A stretch of DNA of 64,000 bases, from NCBI GenBank assembly GCA_026415135.1, contig JAOAHS010000006.1, positions 29,779 to 93,778 of the forward strand. The letters are read 5' to 3'. Source of the DNA: Calditerrivibrio sp. (lineage in GTDB: Bacteria > Chrysiogenota > Deferribacteres > Deferribacterales > Calditerrivibrionaceae). Numbering within the stretch: the first letter of the stretch is position 1; each line of letters opens with the position of its first letter. Shown here one piece after another: positions 31,963 to 41,816 of this stretch. Below the pieces are notes generated by a model, which was given only the letters and a program-made list of their open reading frames with translations, ran no database searches and was not told the origin of the DNA. The position numbers were made by a program, and so were the translations under genes.

Positions 31963-32477
31963 TCTAACTCAAGGTATATATCTTTGTATTGAACGTATCT
32001 TTCAGCGTAGTCCCTAATACTTTTTATATCATCATCTAAAAGACTTTTGATAACTTTACCTGGATTACCCATGATTAAGGAGTTTGGTGGAAAAGTTTTG
32101 TTTGGAGGGATGAGTGTTCCAGCTGCAATAATAGTATTTTCAGAGATAACAGAATTATCAAGAACAATAGCTCCTATCCCCACCAAGACATTATCTTTTA
32201 TAGTACATCCATGTAGTGTGGCATTGTGACCTATTGTAACATAGTTGCCTATGACGGTTGGATATTTATCCTTAGTAACATGGATTACAGTTCCATCCTG
32301 CACATTTGATCTTTTTCCTATGATTACCTTTTCTACATCAGCTCTAATAGTCACGTTATACCAAATACTAACATCATCTTCTAAAATGACTTCTCCAAAA
32401 ACTGTGGCGTTTTTGGCAATAAAGACACGCTTGCCTTTTACAACTTCAGTTAGGATCCTCTTCCTTACATTAATCAT
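31956..32477 (-). CDS. Gamma-class carbonic anhydrase-like hexapeptide-repeat protein
   Basis: Left-handed beta-helix repeats with HG motif (TIGHNATLHGCTIKDNVLVGIGAIVLDNSVI). Confidence 0.75.
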   Translation of the reverse strand: MINVRKRILTEVVKGKRVFIAKNATVFGEVILEDDVSIWYNVTIRADVEKVIIGKRSNVQDGTVIHVTKDKYPTVIGNYVTIGHNATLHGCTIKDNVLVGIGAIVLDNSVISENTIIAAGTLIPPNKTFPPNSLIMGNPGKVIKSLLDDDIKSIRDYAERYVQYKDIYLELDK

Positions 32478-33516
32478 TCTTTTTTTCCTTTTTTAAAACA
32501 ATTTTTACAGTGGTACCATAATCTTTTTTGGATGTAACAATAAGATCGCCAGACATTTTTTCCATTAGGTATTTTGAGATGGGCATACCTATCCCCACAC
32601 CTTCTGATAAAGATAAAGGCTGATCCTGCATAATTAGTTTTGTAAAAGGTTCGAAAACCCTTTTCAACTCATCCTCCGTCATCCCAATACCTGTATCTGA
32701 GATTATCACGTATAGATGATTTTCATCTTCTTCAGTGTATATCGTAATTTCACCTTTTTTGGTGTATTTTGTGGCATTCTCTAAAATATGGGTTAGAACC
32801 TTATTCAGGGCTTTTTCATCAGCGTATACATGAGGATAATAATTTTTTAGTCTTATGTTGAGTATAATGGACCTACTGTCTTTTAAAAGACCTTTAGCTG
32901 TTGATGCCAAAGCTTCAAGGGTAGGAGCAACATCTATATATTTTGGTGAAGGTTCGAGGATATCTTGTTTAAGATCGCTTAAGTCGAGTATGTTATTTAT
33001 GATGTTAAGTAGTTTTTTGCCAGAATTGTGAATTGTTTTTATTAGGTTTTGCTTCTCTTCCTCTGTAATAGTAAATTCAGATTCCAATAATACGTGCGAA
33101 AAGCCTATGATGGCGTTAAGGGGGGTTCTAAGCTCATGGGACATGTTCGCAATAAAACGTCCCCTGTAGTTGGATAACTCCTCTAATTTGTTTTTTGTTT
33201 TGATAAGCTCAATATTTAGGATCTTTAGTTCGTTATTGGAGGTGTTTACTTCTAAAATCTGTTCCTCTAATTTATTTCTAACCATATTGAAATTGTTCTC
33301 TATTTCTAAAAATTCTTGAGTAAGATTCTTTAGGTGACTCTTCAATCCAAAAGCAATAAGTGTATATAACATAAAGCTAATTATAGAAAAAAATATAGCA
33401 AAAAAAATTAATTGATTATATATTAAAACTATAGATGTTAGTGATAGTGTAACTGCAATTGTGATAAAGAAAAAAAACTTTTTGTTAATTAACTTTATAC
33501 CTTGACTTAAATTCAT
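32470..33516 (-). CDS. Sensor histidine kinase (2 TM, HisKA + HATPase_c), orphan
   Basis: H box FIANMSHELRTPLNAI, N/G boxes (ILENATKYT, DTGIGM); overlaps the gamma-CA gene by 8 nt; no adjacent response regulator. Confidence 0.8.
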   Translation of the reverse strand: MNLSQGIKLINKKFFFFITIAVTLSLTSIVLIYNQLIFFAIFFSIISFMLYTLIAFGLKSHLKNLTQEFLEIENNFNMVRNKLEEQILEVNTSNNELKILNIELIKTKNKLEELSNYRGRFIANMSHELRTPLNAIIGFSHVLLESEFTITEEEKQNLIKTIHNSGKKLLNIINNILDLSDLKQDILEPSPKYIDVAPTLEALASTAKGLLKDSRSIILNIRLKNYYPHVYADEKALNKVLTHILENATKYTKKGEITIYTEEDENHLYVIISDTGIGMTEDELKRVFEPFTKLIMQDQPLSLSEGVGIGMPISKYLMEKMSGDLIVTSKKDYGTTVKIVLKKEKKND

Positions 33517-33562
33517 AATTGAATTATATATTATAAAAATTACAATAAATCAAGGAGTAAAG

Positions 33563-34099
33563 ATGGGTTACGGAGAAAAAATTAGAGATATAAGAAAAAG
33601 ATTAGGTATGACGCTTGAAGATGTATCTATCAAGACTGGCTTTACAAAAAGCTTTATTAGTCAAATAGAAAATGGTAAAAATTCACCATCTATAGCATCT
33701 TTAAAGAAGATCTGTTTTGCTCTGGGTATATCTATAAGTGAGCTTTTTGAGGATGAAAGAAATATTGTTTTTAAGTTTGAGAAAGAGGATTATAAAGTGT
33801 TGAAAAACAAGAGTATGGATATATACTTTCTGGCTTCTAAATATGCAAACAGAAAGATTGAACCTCTTATTTTGGAATTGGAGCCACATTCTGAGACAGG
33901 TACTGAGTTTTATCACCATACTGGTGAGGAATTTGGTTATGTTTTAGAAGGTACTGTGAATGTGGTAATTGGTACTGAAGAGTATAATCTCAAGGCTGGT
34001 GAATCTATATATTTCAGTTCCAATTTACCCCATAAGATCAGAAATAAAACAGATAAGAAAGCAAGAGCCTTTTGGGTAGGTACACCACCAAGTTTTTAG
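33563..34099 (+). CDS. XRE-family HTH + cupin-domain transcriptional regulator
   Basis: HTH_3 (IRKRLGMTLEDVSIKTGFTKSFISQIENGK) plus C-terminal cupin (GEEFGYVLEGT...GESIYFSSNLPHKIRN). Confidence 0.8.
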   Translation: MGYGEKIRDIRKRLGMTLEDVSIKTGFTKSFISQIENGKNSPSIASLKKICFALGISISELFEDERNIVFKFEKEDYKVLKNKSMDIYFLASKYANRKIEPLILELEPHSETGTEFYHHTGEEFGYVLEGTVNVVIGTEEYNLKAGESIYFSSNLPHKIRNKTDKKARAFWVGTPPSF

Positions 34100-34101
34100 T
34101 A

Positions 34102-34130
34102 TTGAAATTTTTTAAAATATAGTTTATATT
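34102..34130 (+). promoter_or_regulatory. Sigma70-like promoter for panBCD leader (TTGAAA-17-TATATT)
   Basis: TTGAAA 34102-34107, 17-nt spacer, TATATT 34125-34130, immediately after the XRE-cupin stop. Confidence 0.4.
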
Positions 34131-34137
34131 AAAACAG

Positions 34138-34233
34138 TTGCTTGGATCCCTGCTGGGACTGAGACGGCTAACAGGATAGAATAAGGTGAGTACTATGGGC
34201 CTTTCGGTTAGCCGGAAGGCCTTTTTGTTTAGC
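34138..34233 (+). ncRNA. Structured 5' leader of panB with intrinsic terminator (candidate riboswitch/attenuator; possibly pan-motif-like)
   Basis: 10-bp stem GGCCUUUCGG/CCGGAAGGCC (34198-34221, one U-G) + UUUUUGUUU, ending 15 nt before panB SD; upstream ACGGCUAAC (34164-34172) can pair with GUUAGCC of the terminator as an antiterminator. Confidence 0.4.
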
Positions 34234-34248
34234 TGGATAGGAGAAAAT

Positions 34249-35061
34249 ATGAGCAAATATGCTGAAATAAAAAAGCTTACTGTGAACCACTTAAAAGGTA
34301 TGAAAAATGTAGATAAAATTGTATGCCTTACTGCCTACGATTATACTTCTGCTAAAATTCTGGACGAAGCTGGGGTTGATCTTATTCTTGTGGGTGATTC
34401 ACTTGGTATGGTGGTAGCAGGGTATGAAAATACTCTACCAGTTACGCTTGATCAGCTTATACTTCATTGTAAATATGTTAAGAATGGTTCAAAAAGAGCT
34501 TTTCTTGTTGCAGATATGCCCTTTGGTTCCTATCAAGTTTCAGAAGAAGAAGCTTTGAAGAATTGTATAAGAGTGATAAAGGAGACAGGTTTTGATGCAG
34601 TAAAGATTGAAGGTGGGGTCGATATAGCTTCAATAATTAGAAAACTCAACAAGACAGGTATCAATGTAATGGGCCATATAGGATTGATGCCCCAACTGGT
34701 TAATACAATGGGAGGGTACAAAATTCAGGGTAGATACAATGAAGATCGGTTGTTGGAGGATGCTTTGGCACTGGAAGAAGCAGGTGTTTTTGCTATAGTC
34801 TTAGAAGGGATAATCGAAAAAGTATCTCAAAAGATCACAGAACGTGTCAAAGTGCCAACGATAGGTATAGGTTCTGGGAGATATTGTGATGGACAGATAT
34901 TGGTATTCCATGATATATTTGGGTTGTATGATGATAAAACACCTAAGTTTGTTAAAAAGTATTTAAACGGTAGAGATCTCTTTTTTGAAGCTACAAAAAA
35001 ATATATTAAAGAAACAAAAGAAAATATTTTTCCAGCTATAGAAAATGTTTTTCTGGAGTAG
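34249..35061 (+). CDS. panB: 3-methyl-2-oxobutanoate hydroxymethyltransferase
   Basis: Start reassigned to MSKYAEIKKL (SD GGAGAA); LTAYDY, VGDSLGMV, ADMPFGSY motifs; the track's upstream extension reads through the terminator hairpin. Confidence 0.9.
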   Translation: MSKYAEIKKLTVNHLKGMKNVDKIVCLTAYDYTSAKILDEAGVDLILVGDSLGMVVAGYENTLPVTLDQLILHCKYVKNGSKRAFLVADMPFGSYQVSEEEALKNCIRVIKETGFDAVKIEGGVDIASIIRKLNKTGINVMGHIGLMPQLVNTMGGYKIQGRYNEDRLLEDALALEEAGVFAIVLEGIIEKVSQKITERVKVPTIGIGSGRYCDGQILVFHDIFGLYDDKTPKFVKKYLNGRDLFFEATKKYIKETKENIFPAIENVFLE

Positions 35062-35067
35062 GTTTTT

Positions 35068-35922
35068 ATGGATATTATTAGAGAGATAGTGGATATAAAA
35101 AACTGTATTTCAACCTTGAAAAAAACAGGCAAAAGTATAGGTTTTGTTCCAACAATGGGTTACCTTCATGAAGGGCATATAAGTCTCGTTCGTGCTTCAA
35201 AAAAGGAAAATAATATAACTGTGGTAAGTATTTTTGTAAATCCTACTCAGTTCGGTCCTAATGAAGATCTTGAAAGATATCCGAGGGATTTTGAAAGGGA
35301 TGAATATTTGTTGAGAAAGGAAGGTGTGGATATAGTTTTTTATCCATCTGTAGAAGAGATATACCCTAAAGGTTATAGTACCTATATAGATGTTGAAAGA
35401 ATAACTGGGCATCTTTGTGGACCCAAAAGACCTGGACATTTCAGGGGTGTAGCAACCGTAGTATGTAAACTTTTTAATATTGTAAAACCAGATAGGGCAT
35501 ATTTTGGTCTTAAAGATTATCAGCAGGTTTTGGTTATTAAAAGAATGGTTGCAGATCTTAATATGGATGTACAGATCATTGCTATGCCCATCATACGTGA
35601 GGTAGATGGTCTTGCTATGAGTTCAAGAAATGTTTATTTGAGTGGTGAAGAGAGAGAGTCTGCGTTATCATTATTTAGGTCTTTTACAATCGTAGATAAG
35701 GCGATAACAGAGGGTATTAGAGATTCTAAGATCATTAAAAAAATGGTTTCCGATTTCATCCTCTCACACCCTTTCACTAAGATCGATTATGTTGAAATTG
35801 TAGATCCAAACACATTGGAGCATATAGATATAATTGATAGAGATTTTTTAGTCGCTTTAGCAGTTTTTGTTAATAAAACAAGATTAATAGATAATAAAAT
35901 ATTTGAGGTGAAGCATGTTTAG
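35068..35922 (+). CDS. panC: Pantoate--beta-alanine ligase
   Basis: [20 protein letters not shown]-type motif, [13 protein letters not shown], 284 aa. Confidence 0.9.
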   Translation: MDIIREIVDIKNCISTLKKTGKSIGFVPTMGYLHEGHISLVRASKKENNITVVSIFVNPTQFGPNEDLERYPRDFERDEYLLRKEGVDIVFYPSVEEIYPKGYSTYIDVERITGHLCGPKRPGHFRGVATVVCKLFNIVKPDRAYFGLKDYQQVLVIKRMVADLNMDVQIIAMPIIREVDGLAMSSRNVYLSGEERESALSLFRSFTIVDKAITEGIRDSKIIKKMVSDFILSHPFTKIDYVEIVDPNTLEHIDIIDRDFLVALAVFVNKTRLIDNKIFEVKHV

Positions 35923-36274
35923 ATCCATGTTCAAAGCTAAAATCCATAGAGCTACTGTTACAGATGCAGATTTAAATTATGAAGGAAGTATAACTATTGA
36001 CGAAGACCTTCTGGATGCCTCTGGGATACTACCTTTTGAAAAAGTAGATATATACAATATTACCAATGGGGCAAGGTTTTCTACTTATACCATTGTGGGT
36101 AAAAGAGGTTCAGGGGAGATATGTTTGAATGGTGCAGCAGCCAGGCTGGTGCAAAAAGGTGACTTAGTGATAATTGTCTCTTATGGACTCTATAGTGAAG
36201 AGGAGTTAAGAAACCATAAGCCTGTTGTTGTGCATGTAGATAGTAATAATAAAATTATAAAAGTAACAGAATAA
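35915..36274 (+). CDS. panD: Aspartate 1-decarboxylase
   Basis: [29 protein letters not shown] pyruvoyl-processing site (G-S); 119 aa. Confidence 0.9.
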   Translation: MFRSMFKAKIHRATVTDADLNYEGSITIDEDLLDASGILPFEKVDIYNITNGARFSTYTIVGKRGSGEICLNGAAARLVQKGDLVIIVSYGLYSEEELRNHKPVVVHVDSNNKIIKVTE

Positions 36275-36292
36275 ATTATAGAGATTTGTGTT

Positions 36293-37168
36293 TTGGCATA
36301 TCTATTCTTGATTGGAGCTGCACTATTTTGGTCAGGGAACTTTGTTTTAAGTAGAGGCATAAATAATATTATACCGCCTGTAAGTCTTGGTTTTTGGAGA
36401 TGGGTTTTAGCTGGTGTGATTCTTTTACCTTTTTCCTATAAATATTTGATCAGGGATTGTGAAATAATAAAAAGTAACTTTAGATATTTAAATCTCTTGG
36501 CGTTTTTGGGAGTGACATGTTTTAATCCTCTTATATATGTTGCAGTTCATTATACCACAGCGATAAACGCAGTATTAGTAAATTCCTTTGTACCTATATT
36601 AATCCTCGTTATTTCCCTTTTCATGTACAAGGAAGCGCCGCATTTAAATCAGATCTTTGGGATTATTTTTTCGATGGTAGGTATTACTGTTATAATGTTA
36701 AAGGGTGATTTAAACAGTATCTATAGTTTTAAGTTTAACATTGGTGATATTTTGGTTTTTTTAGCTGCCTTTACGTGGGCTTTGTATACTGTTTTGTTAA
36801 AAAAGCTACCTAAGGATATTCATCCCATTGCTTTTCTTCAAATAATCATTTTCTTAGGGCTTTTATATATGTTTCCTTTTTATATTTTGGAGTATATTAC
36901 TAAAGGGGGGTTTGTACTTGAGGTAAAAACTGCACTGAGTATCCTTTATGTTGCACTTTTTGCTTCAGTTTTCGCTTTTATAATGTGGAATCGAGCTGTA
37001 AAAGAGATTGGAGCGAATAGAGCAGGACCCTTTGTTCATCTTATGCCAGTTTTTGGAACTATTCTTGCAATTGTTTTTTTAGGGGAAAAACTCTATATTT
37101 ACCACATTGTTGGAATTTTTTTGGTGTTTGTTGGTATATTTTTAGCTAATAAAGTTCCTGGTAAATAA
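36293..37168 (+). CDS. DMT-superfamily (EamA-type) transporter, 10 TM
   Basis: Two EamA-like halves, 291 aa, uniformly hydrophobic with short loops. Confidence 0.7.
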   Translation: MAYLFLIGAALFWSGNFVLSRGINNIIPPVSLGFWRWVLAGVILLPFSYKYLIRDCEIIKSNFRYLNLLAFLGVTCFNPLIYVAVHYTTAINAVLVNSFVPILILVISLFMYKEAPHLNQIFGIIFSMVGITVIMLKGDLNSIYSFKFNIGDILVFLAAFTWALYTVLLKKLPKDIHPIAFLQIIIFLGLLYMFPFYILEYITKGGFVLEVKTALSILYVALFASVFAFIMWNRAVKEIGANRAGPFVHLMPVFGTILAIVFLGEKLYIYHIVGIFLVFVGIFLANKVPGK

Positions 37169-38834
37169 TAACTTTTTGCATCTTTTTACCTTTAAGAGAT
37201 TTTTCCACATATATCTCCTCTAATGTCCAAGGATTTTTTTCAGTCCAATACATTACAGCAGAATAGGTGGATGGTAAAGGGGTAAATATCTGTGTCTGGT
37301 CTGGGGATATACAGTTCTTTTTAAGTAGATCTTTTAATTTTTTCATCTTTTCTAAGTTACATCCTGGATGAGCTGCTATGAAATAGTAGGTGAGGTAGTA
37401 ATTTAATTTGTTTTTTTTACATGTATTATAAAATATGTTTACAAAATTTTTAAAGGGTGGTTTAGATGGTTTGCCCATCAAATCTAAAACATATTCGTCT
37501 ATATGTTCTGGAGCTATTTTCATTTGTCCAGATGTATGATATTTGATGATCTCTTCAAGGTAGCGTAAGCCATATTTTTTGTCTTTTAGCACGAGATCAT
37601 ATCTTATGCCGGATGCGACAAAAAGTTTCTTTACACCAGGGATTTTTCTCAAATCTTCAAAAAGTTTTAGTAGTAAGTTGTGTTTTATGTTTATACTTTT
37701 ACATACCTCAGGGAAGATACATCTCTTATTAATACATTTACCTTTGGTCATCTTTTTGTAACATTCCATATTATACATATTTGCAGTAGGACCTCCAACA
37801 TCTCTAATTATGCCATCGAAATGTTTTAGTTTTGTAATGTTACTAATCTCTCTGATTATGGAGTCTCTGCTTCTGCTTATTACTCTTGTACCCTGATGTA
37901 CAGTTATTGCACAAAAGTTACATTCTCCATAACATCCTCGATTGATGGTAACTGAAAACTTAACTGTATCGAGAGCTTTTACTTTACCGAGTTTTCTTAT
38001 CTCTGGATGAATATTGTGTTCAAACTCCATTTCATAAAGTTCATCGAGTTCTTTTTGGGTCAATAATCTTTGTGGTGGGTTGTGAATGAGGTATCTATCA
38101 CCATGTTTCTGGTAAAGTCCTTTTGCTGTAAGAGGATCGTTGTTTTGATAAAATGTGTGAAACATCTCTATAAATTTAGTTTTGTCATTTGCTACCTCTT
38201 CATATGCTGGAAGTGGGATGTAGTCAAAAATAGGTTCTTTATTTATGTAACATATCCCTTTTGTATCTAAGAATGTTTTACCTTCAGATATTTTTTTAGC
38301 TATTTCCAATAGAGTTAACTCTGCCATGCCATAAATGAGTATATCTGCTTTTGCATCAAAAAGGATCGATCTTCTTATTTTATTATCCCAGTAATCGTAA
38401 TGAGCAATCCGTCTTAGACTTGCTTCAATACCACCAATTATAATTGGTTTTTTTAGTTTATCGTATTTTTTTATCAAGTTTGTGTATACGATGGTTGCTC
38501 TGTCTGGTCTCTTGTTGTTAACCCCTCCGGGGGTAAAATCATCAGATCGTCTTTTCTTTAATAAAGGGGTATAGTTGGCTACCATGGAATCAACACAGCC
38601 TGCAGTAACTCCCCAAAATAGCTTAGGTGTACCTAACGAGATTATATCTTTTTCAGAGTTGATATCTGGTTGGGAAATTATTCCAACTTTAAAGCCATTT
38701 TGCAATAACCACTTACCAAGTAAAGCAACACCACAGTAAGGGGAATCTATGTAGGTATCTCCACTAACAAATATGATATCAAGCTCATTCCATCCGAGTT
38801 TTTTCATATCTGATCTATTTATTGGAAGAAACAT
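37146..38834 (-). CDS. ygiQ: YgiQ-family (UPF0313) radical SAM protein
   Basis: FLPINRSDMKKLGWNELDIIFVSGDTYIDSPY matches YgiQ N-domain; radical SAM CxxxCxxC (CYGECNFCAI); start at MFLP (upstream ATG 38891 would add hydrophobic junk and overlap pgsA). Confidence 0.75.
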   Translation of the reverse strand: MFLPINRSDMKKLGWNELDIIFVSGDTYIDSPYCGVALLGKWLLQNGFKVGIISQPDINSEKDIISLGTPKLFWGVTAGCVDSMVANYTPLLKKRRSDDFTPGGVNNKRPDRATIVYTNLIKKYDKLKKPIIIGGIEASLRRIAHYDYWDNKIRRSILFDAKADILIYGMAELTLLEIAKKISEGKTFLDTKGICYINKEPIFDYIPLPAYEEVANDKTKFIEMFHTFYQNNDPLTAKGLYQKHGDRYLIHNPPQRLLTQKELDELYEMEFEHNIHPEIRKLGKVKALDTVKFSVTINRGCYGECNFCAITVHQGTRVISRSRDSIIREISNITKLKHFDGIIRDVGGPTANMYNMECYKKMTKGKCINKRCIFPEVCKSINIKHNLLLKLFEDLRKIPGVKKLFVASGIRYDLVLKDKKYGLRYLEEIIKYHTSGQMKIAPEHIDEYVLDLMGKPSKPPFKNFVNIFYNTCKKNKLNYYLTYYFIAAHPGCNLEKMKKLKDLLKKNCISPDQTQIFTPLPSTYSAVMYWTEKNPWTLEEIYVEKSLKGKKMQKVIIYQELY

Positions 38835-38856
38835 GATAATAGTGTATAATATAAGT

Positions 38857-39396
38857 ATGCAGATAGTCAAAGAAAATTTTACAATACCCAATTGTCTTAC
38901 AATAAGTAGGATAGTGTTGATACCATTTTTTGGTTACTTTATTTTTGAAGGTGAAGTAAAAAAAGCTTCTCTTCTTTTTGTGGCGATGGCTATCTCTGAC
39001 TTTTTAGATGGTTTTATAGCAAGAAAATTTAATCAGATATCTCGTTTAGGAAAGTTTTTGGATCCACTTGCAGACAAGATGGTCATTCTTACGAGTATAT
39101 TTGTTGCTGGCTTTTTTTCTGTAAATTATTCCATACCTTTTTATTTTGCAACAATCATATTTATAAAAGAGTTATATATATTGGTAGGTATAGTGGTTAT
39201 TTATATGTTCAGGGGTAGGTTCAATATGAAAACACTTTTTATAGGAAAAATTACTATGTTTTTCGAGTATCTTACTGTTGTATTGTTCTTTATTGCTTTC
39301 TACTGGTCTTCTGTGCATTCGATTTTAATTGTATTTTATTTTATTACTGGTTTACTGGCTATCTTGTCTATGGTTTTGTACACGATTAGAAATTAA
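38857..39396 (+). CDS. pgsA: CDP-alcohol phosphatidyltransferase (PgsA-like)
   Basis: PNCLTISRIVLIP ... DFLDGFIARKFNQISRLGKFLDPLADK (D-G-x2-AR...G...D-x3-D motif); start taken at MQIVKEN; overlaps divergent ygiQ start, so one start may differ. Confidence 0.7.
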   Translation: MQIVKENFTIPNCLTISRIVLIPFFGYFIFEGEVKKASLLFVAMAISDFLDGFIARKFNQISRLGKFLDPLADKMVILTSIFVAGFFSVNYSIPFYFATIIFIKELYILVGIVVIYMFRGRFNMKTLFIGKITMFFEYLTVVLFFIAFYWSSVHSILIVFYFITGLLAILSMVLYTIRN

Positions 39397-39485
39397 AATA
39401 ATCTTGTTGCTATTTTCAGGAAAAAGTATATACTAATAAAGTTTGACGATTTTAAAAGTTGTCGCAATAAAGGAGAAAAGAAATA

Positions 39486-41072
39486 ATGAACGAATTAACA
39501 AAATTTAAAGAATTAGGTTTGTCTGAAAACACCCTCAAAGCTCTCTCAAAGAAAGGTTTCGAAGAACCAACACCAATTCAGGAATTGGTTATACCCAAGC
39601 TTTTAAAAGGGGATAGAGATATAGTTGGACAAGCCCAAACAGGTACAGGCAAGACTGCAGCGTTTGGTCTTCCACTTATTGAATTACTCGATGATAAATC
39701 TCATTTTGTAGAGGCAATAGTTCTTACACCAACAAGGGAATTAGCTTTACAAGTGGCAGAGGAGATGAACTCCCTGAAAGGGAAAAAGAAGTTAAACATT
39801 GTCCCGATTTATGGTGGACAATCTATGGAGCTACAGCTAAGAAGATTGGAAAACAATGCCCATATTGTAGTGGGAACACCGGGTAGAGTGATAGATCATA
39901 TAAATAGGAAGACCTTGAGACTTAATAAATTAAAATTTATGGTCCTTGATGAAGCTGATGAGATGTTAAACATGGGTTTTATTGATGATATTGAAGAGAT
40001 CATAAAACATACAAACGAAGACAAAAGAATGTTACTCTTTTCTGCAACTATGCCTAAAGAGATACTAAATATAGCTAAAAAGTATATGAAAGATTATGAA
40101 GTCTTGGCTGTAAAAACAAAGCAACTGACCACTGAGCTAACAGAACAAATATATTTTCAGGTCAGAGAAGAGGATAAATTTGAGGCATTGTGCAGAATAA
40201 GGGATATGGAAAAAGAGTTTTATGGCCTCATTTTTTGTAGGACTAAAGTGGATGTGGACAATGTCTGTAATAGACTTATAGATAGAGGTTACAATGCAGA
40301 AGCTCTTCATGGTGATATATCCCAGTATCAAAGGGAGAGAATATTAAAGCGTTTTAAGGCAAAACAGATCAATATGCTTGTTGCAACAGATGTGGCTGCT
40401 AGAGGTATAGATATCAGTGACTTAACACACGTTATAAATTATTCTTTACCCCAGGATCCTGAATCATATGTTCACAGAATTGGTAGGACTGGTAGAGCCG
40501 GAAAAGAAGGTACAGCGATAACCTTTGTCACTCCTGAAGAGTATAGAAGACTTCTTTATATTATGAAAATAGCTAAAGCTGAAATAAAAAAGAAAAAAGT
40601 CCCTACCGTCCAAGAGGTGATTCAGGCTAAAAAAGAGAGGATTAAGGATGAAATAGGGGAGATCCTCTCCGATGATATCTCAAAAGATTATTTCGCACTA
40701 GCGGAGAAATTGATAGAGGAGTATGATCCGAAAGAGCTTGTTGCTTCCCTTTTAAAAATGAACTATAAAGACGACTTTGAAGAGGAAAGTTATTCTGAGA
40801 TATCAGAAGTATATGATGTTGATAAAAAAGGTAAGGCTAGACTTTTTATTGCAATGGGTAAAATGGATAATATGACACCTAAAAAGATAGTGGATTTCAT
40901 CGTTGATAAAACAGGAGTAAAAGCTACTGATATAAAAGAGGTAAAGGTTTTTGATAAGTTTTCGTTTATCAGTGTACCTTATGAAGATGCTACGTATATT
41001 GTAAACATCTTTAAAAAGCAGAATAGAGGAAAAAGACCATTGGTGGAGATTGCAAAAGAGGGTAAAAAATAA
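39486..41072 (+). CDS. deaD: DEAD-box ATP-dependent RNA helicase with C-terminal DbpA-type RNA-binding domain
   Basis: Q motif, AQTGTGKT, PTRELA, DEAD, SAT, HRIGRTGRAG; C-terminal extension ~150 aa. Confidence 0.85.
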   Translation: MNELTKFKELGLSENTLKALSKKGFEEPTPIQELVIPKLLKGDRDIVGQAQTGTGKTAAFGLPLIELLDDKSHFVEAIVLTPTRELALQVAEEMNSLKGKKKLNIVPIYGGQSMELQLRRLENNAHIVVGTPGRVIDHINRKTLRLNKLKFMVLDEADEMLNMGFIDDIEEIIKHTNEDKRMLLFSATMPKEILNIAKKYMKDYEVLAVKTKQLTTELTEQIYFQVREEDKFEALCRIRDMEKEFYGLIFCRTKVDVDNVCNRLIDRGYNAEALHGDISQYQRERILKRFKAKQINMLVATDVAARGIDISDLTHVINYSLPQDPESYVHRIGRTGRAGKEGTAITFVTPEEYRRLLYIMKIAKAEIKKKKVPTVQEVIQAKKERIKDEIGEILSDDISKDYFALAEKLIEEYDPKELVASLLKMNYKDDFEEESYSEISEVYDVDKKGKARLFIAMGKMDNMTPKKIVDFIVDKTGVKATDIKEVKVFDKFSFISVPYEDATYIVNIFKKQNRGKRPLVEIAKEGKK

Positions 41073-41079
41073 AGAATTT

Positions 41080-41742
41080 ATGAAAGGCGCGTTGCTTTTT
41101 ATATTTTTGATAATTCCATTTTTTGGTCAATCAATAATTATAAACCATATCAATACAAACGAGAAGATTGTAGCCTTTACCTTCGATGCCTGTGAAACTA
41201 AAACACCAGCAACATTTGACAAAGGGATTTTAAACTTTATTTTGAGTAAAAAGTTACCTGTTACTATTTTTGTAAACGGAAAATTTGCAATTAGAAATAG
41301 GGATTCTATAAAGGAGCTTTCCTCTCATCCTTTCATATCAATACAGAATCATTCTTTTCATCACTATCTCCATATGGAAAAAATGAAAGAAAAGGATATA
41401 AAGGATGATTTGAGGATGGCGTCAGAGATAATTTTTAATCTTACAGGAAAAAAAGATAGGTTTTTTCGCTTTCCAGGTGGCAATTATGATAATAATTCAC
41501 TTACTGTTGTTGAAAAGGAAGGATATAAGGTTGTTCATTGGAGCTTTGAATCAGGCGATCCTGATAAAAACATGACCAAAGAGAAACTTATCAGCCGAGT
41601 AAAAGGTAAAGTAAAACCAGGTTCTATTTTAATTTTTCATATAAATGGTAGGGGTTTGCATACAGCTAAGGCTCTTCCAGAAATAATAAACTTTTTGGAT
41701 GAAAAAGGCTACAGGTTTGTTTTGTTAGAGGATATTTTATAG
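41080..41742 (+). CDS. Polysaccharide deacetylase (NodB-homology) protein, secreted
   Basis: Signal-like N-terminus, TFDACET (cf. TFDDG) and HSFHH motifs of carbohydrate esterase family 4. Confidence 0.7.
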   Translation: MKGALLFIFLIIPFFGQSIIINHINTNEKIVAFTFDACETKTPATFDKGILNFILSKKLPVTIFVNGKFAIRNRDSIKELSSHPFISIQNHSFHHYLHMEKMKEKDIKDDLRMASEIIFNLTGKKDRFFRFPGGNYDNNSLTVVEKEGYKVVHWSFESGDPDKNMTKEKLISRVKGKVKPGSILIFHINGRGLHTAKALPEIINFLDEKGYRFVLLEDIL

Positions 41743-41816
41743 GAAAAAATCGATTGAAGTTTTTTGAAATAGAATTTATAATGAATTATAAATAACAAAA
41801 AAAGGAGGATAAGCCA

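Noticed and set aside
34186-34248. Upstream extension of the panB ORF (MSTMGLSVSRKAFLFSWIGEN...)
   Set aside because: It reads straight through the GGCCUUUCGG/CCGGAAGGCC terminator hairpin and U-tract. The canonical PanB N-terminus (MSKYAEIKKL) begins at 34249 with its own SD.
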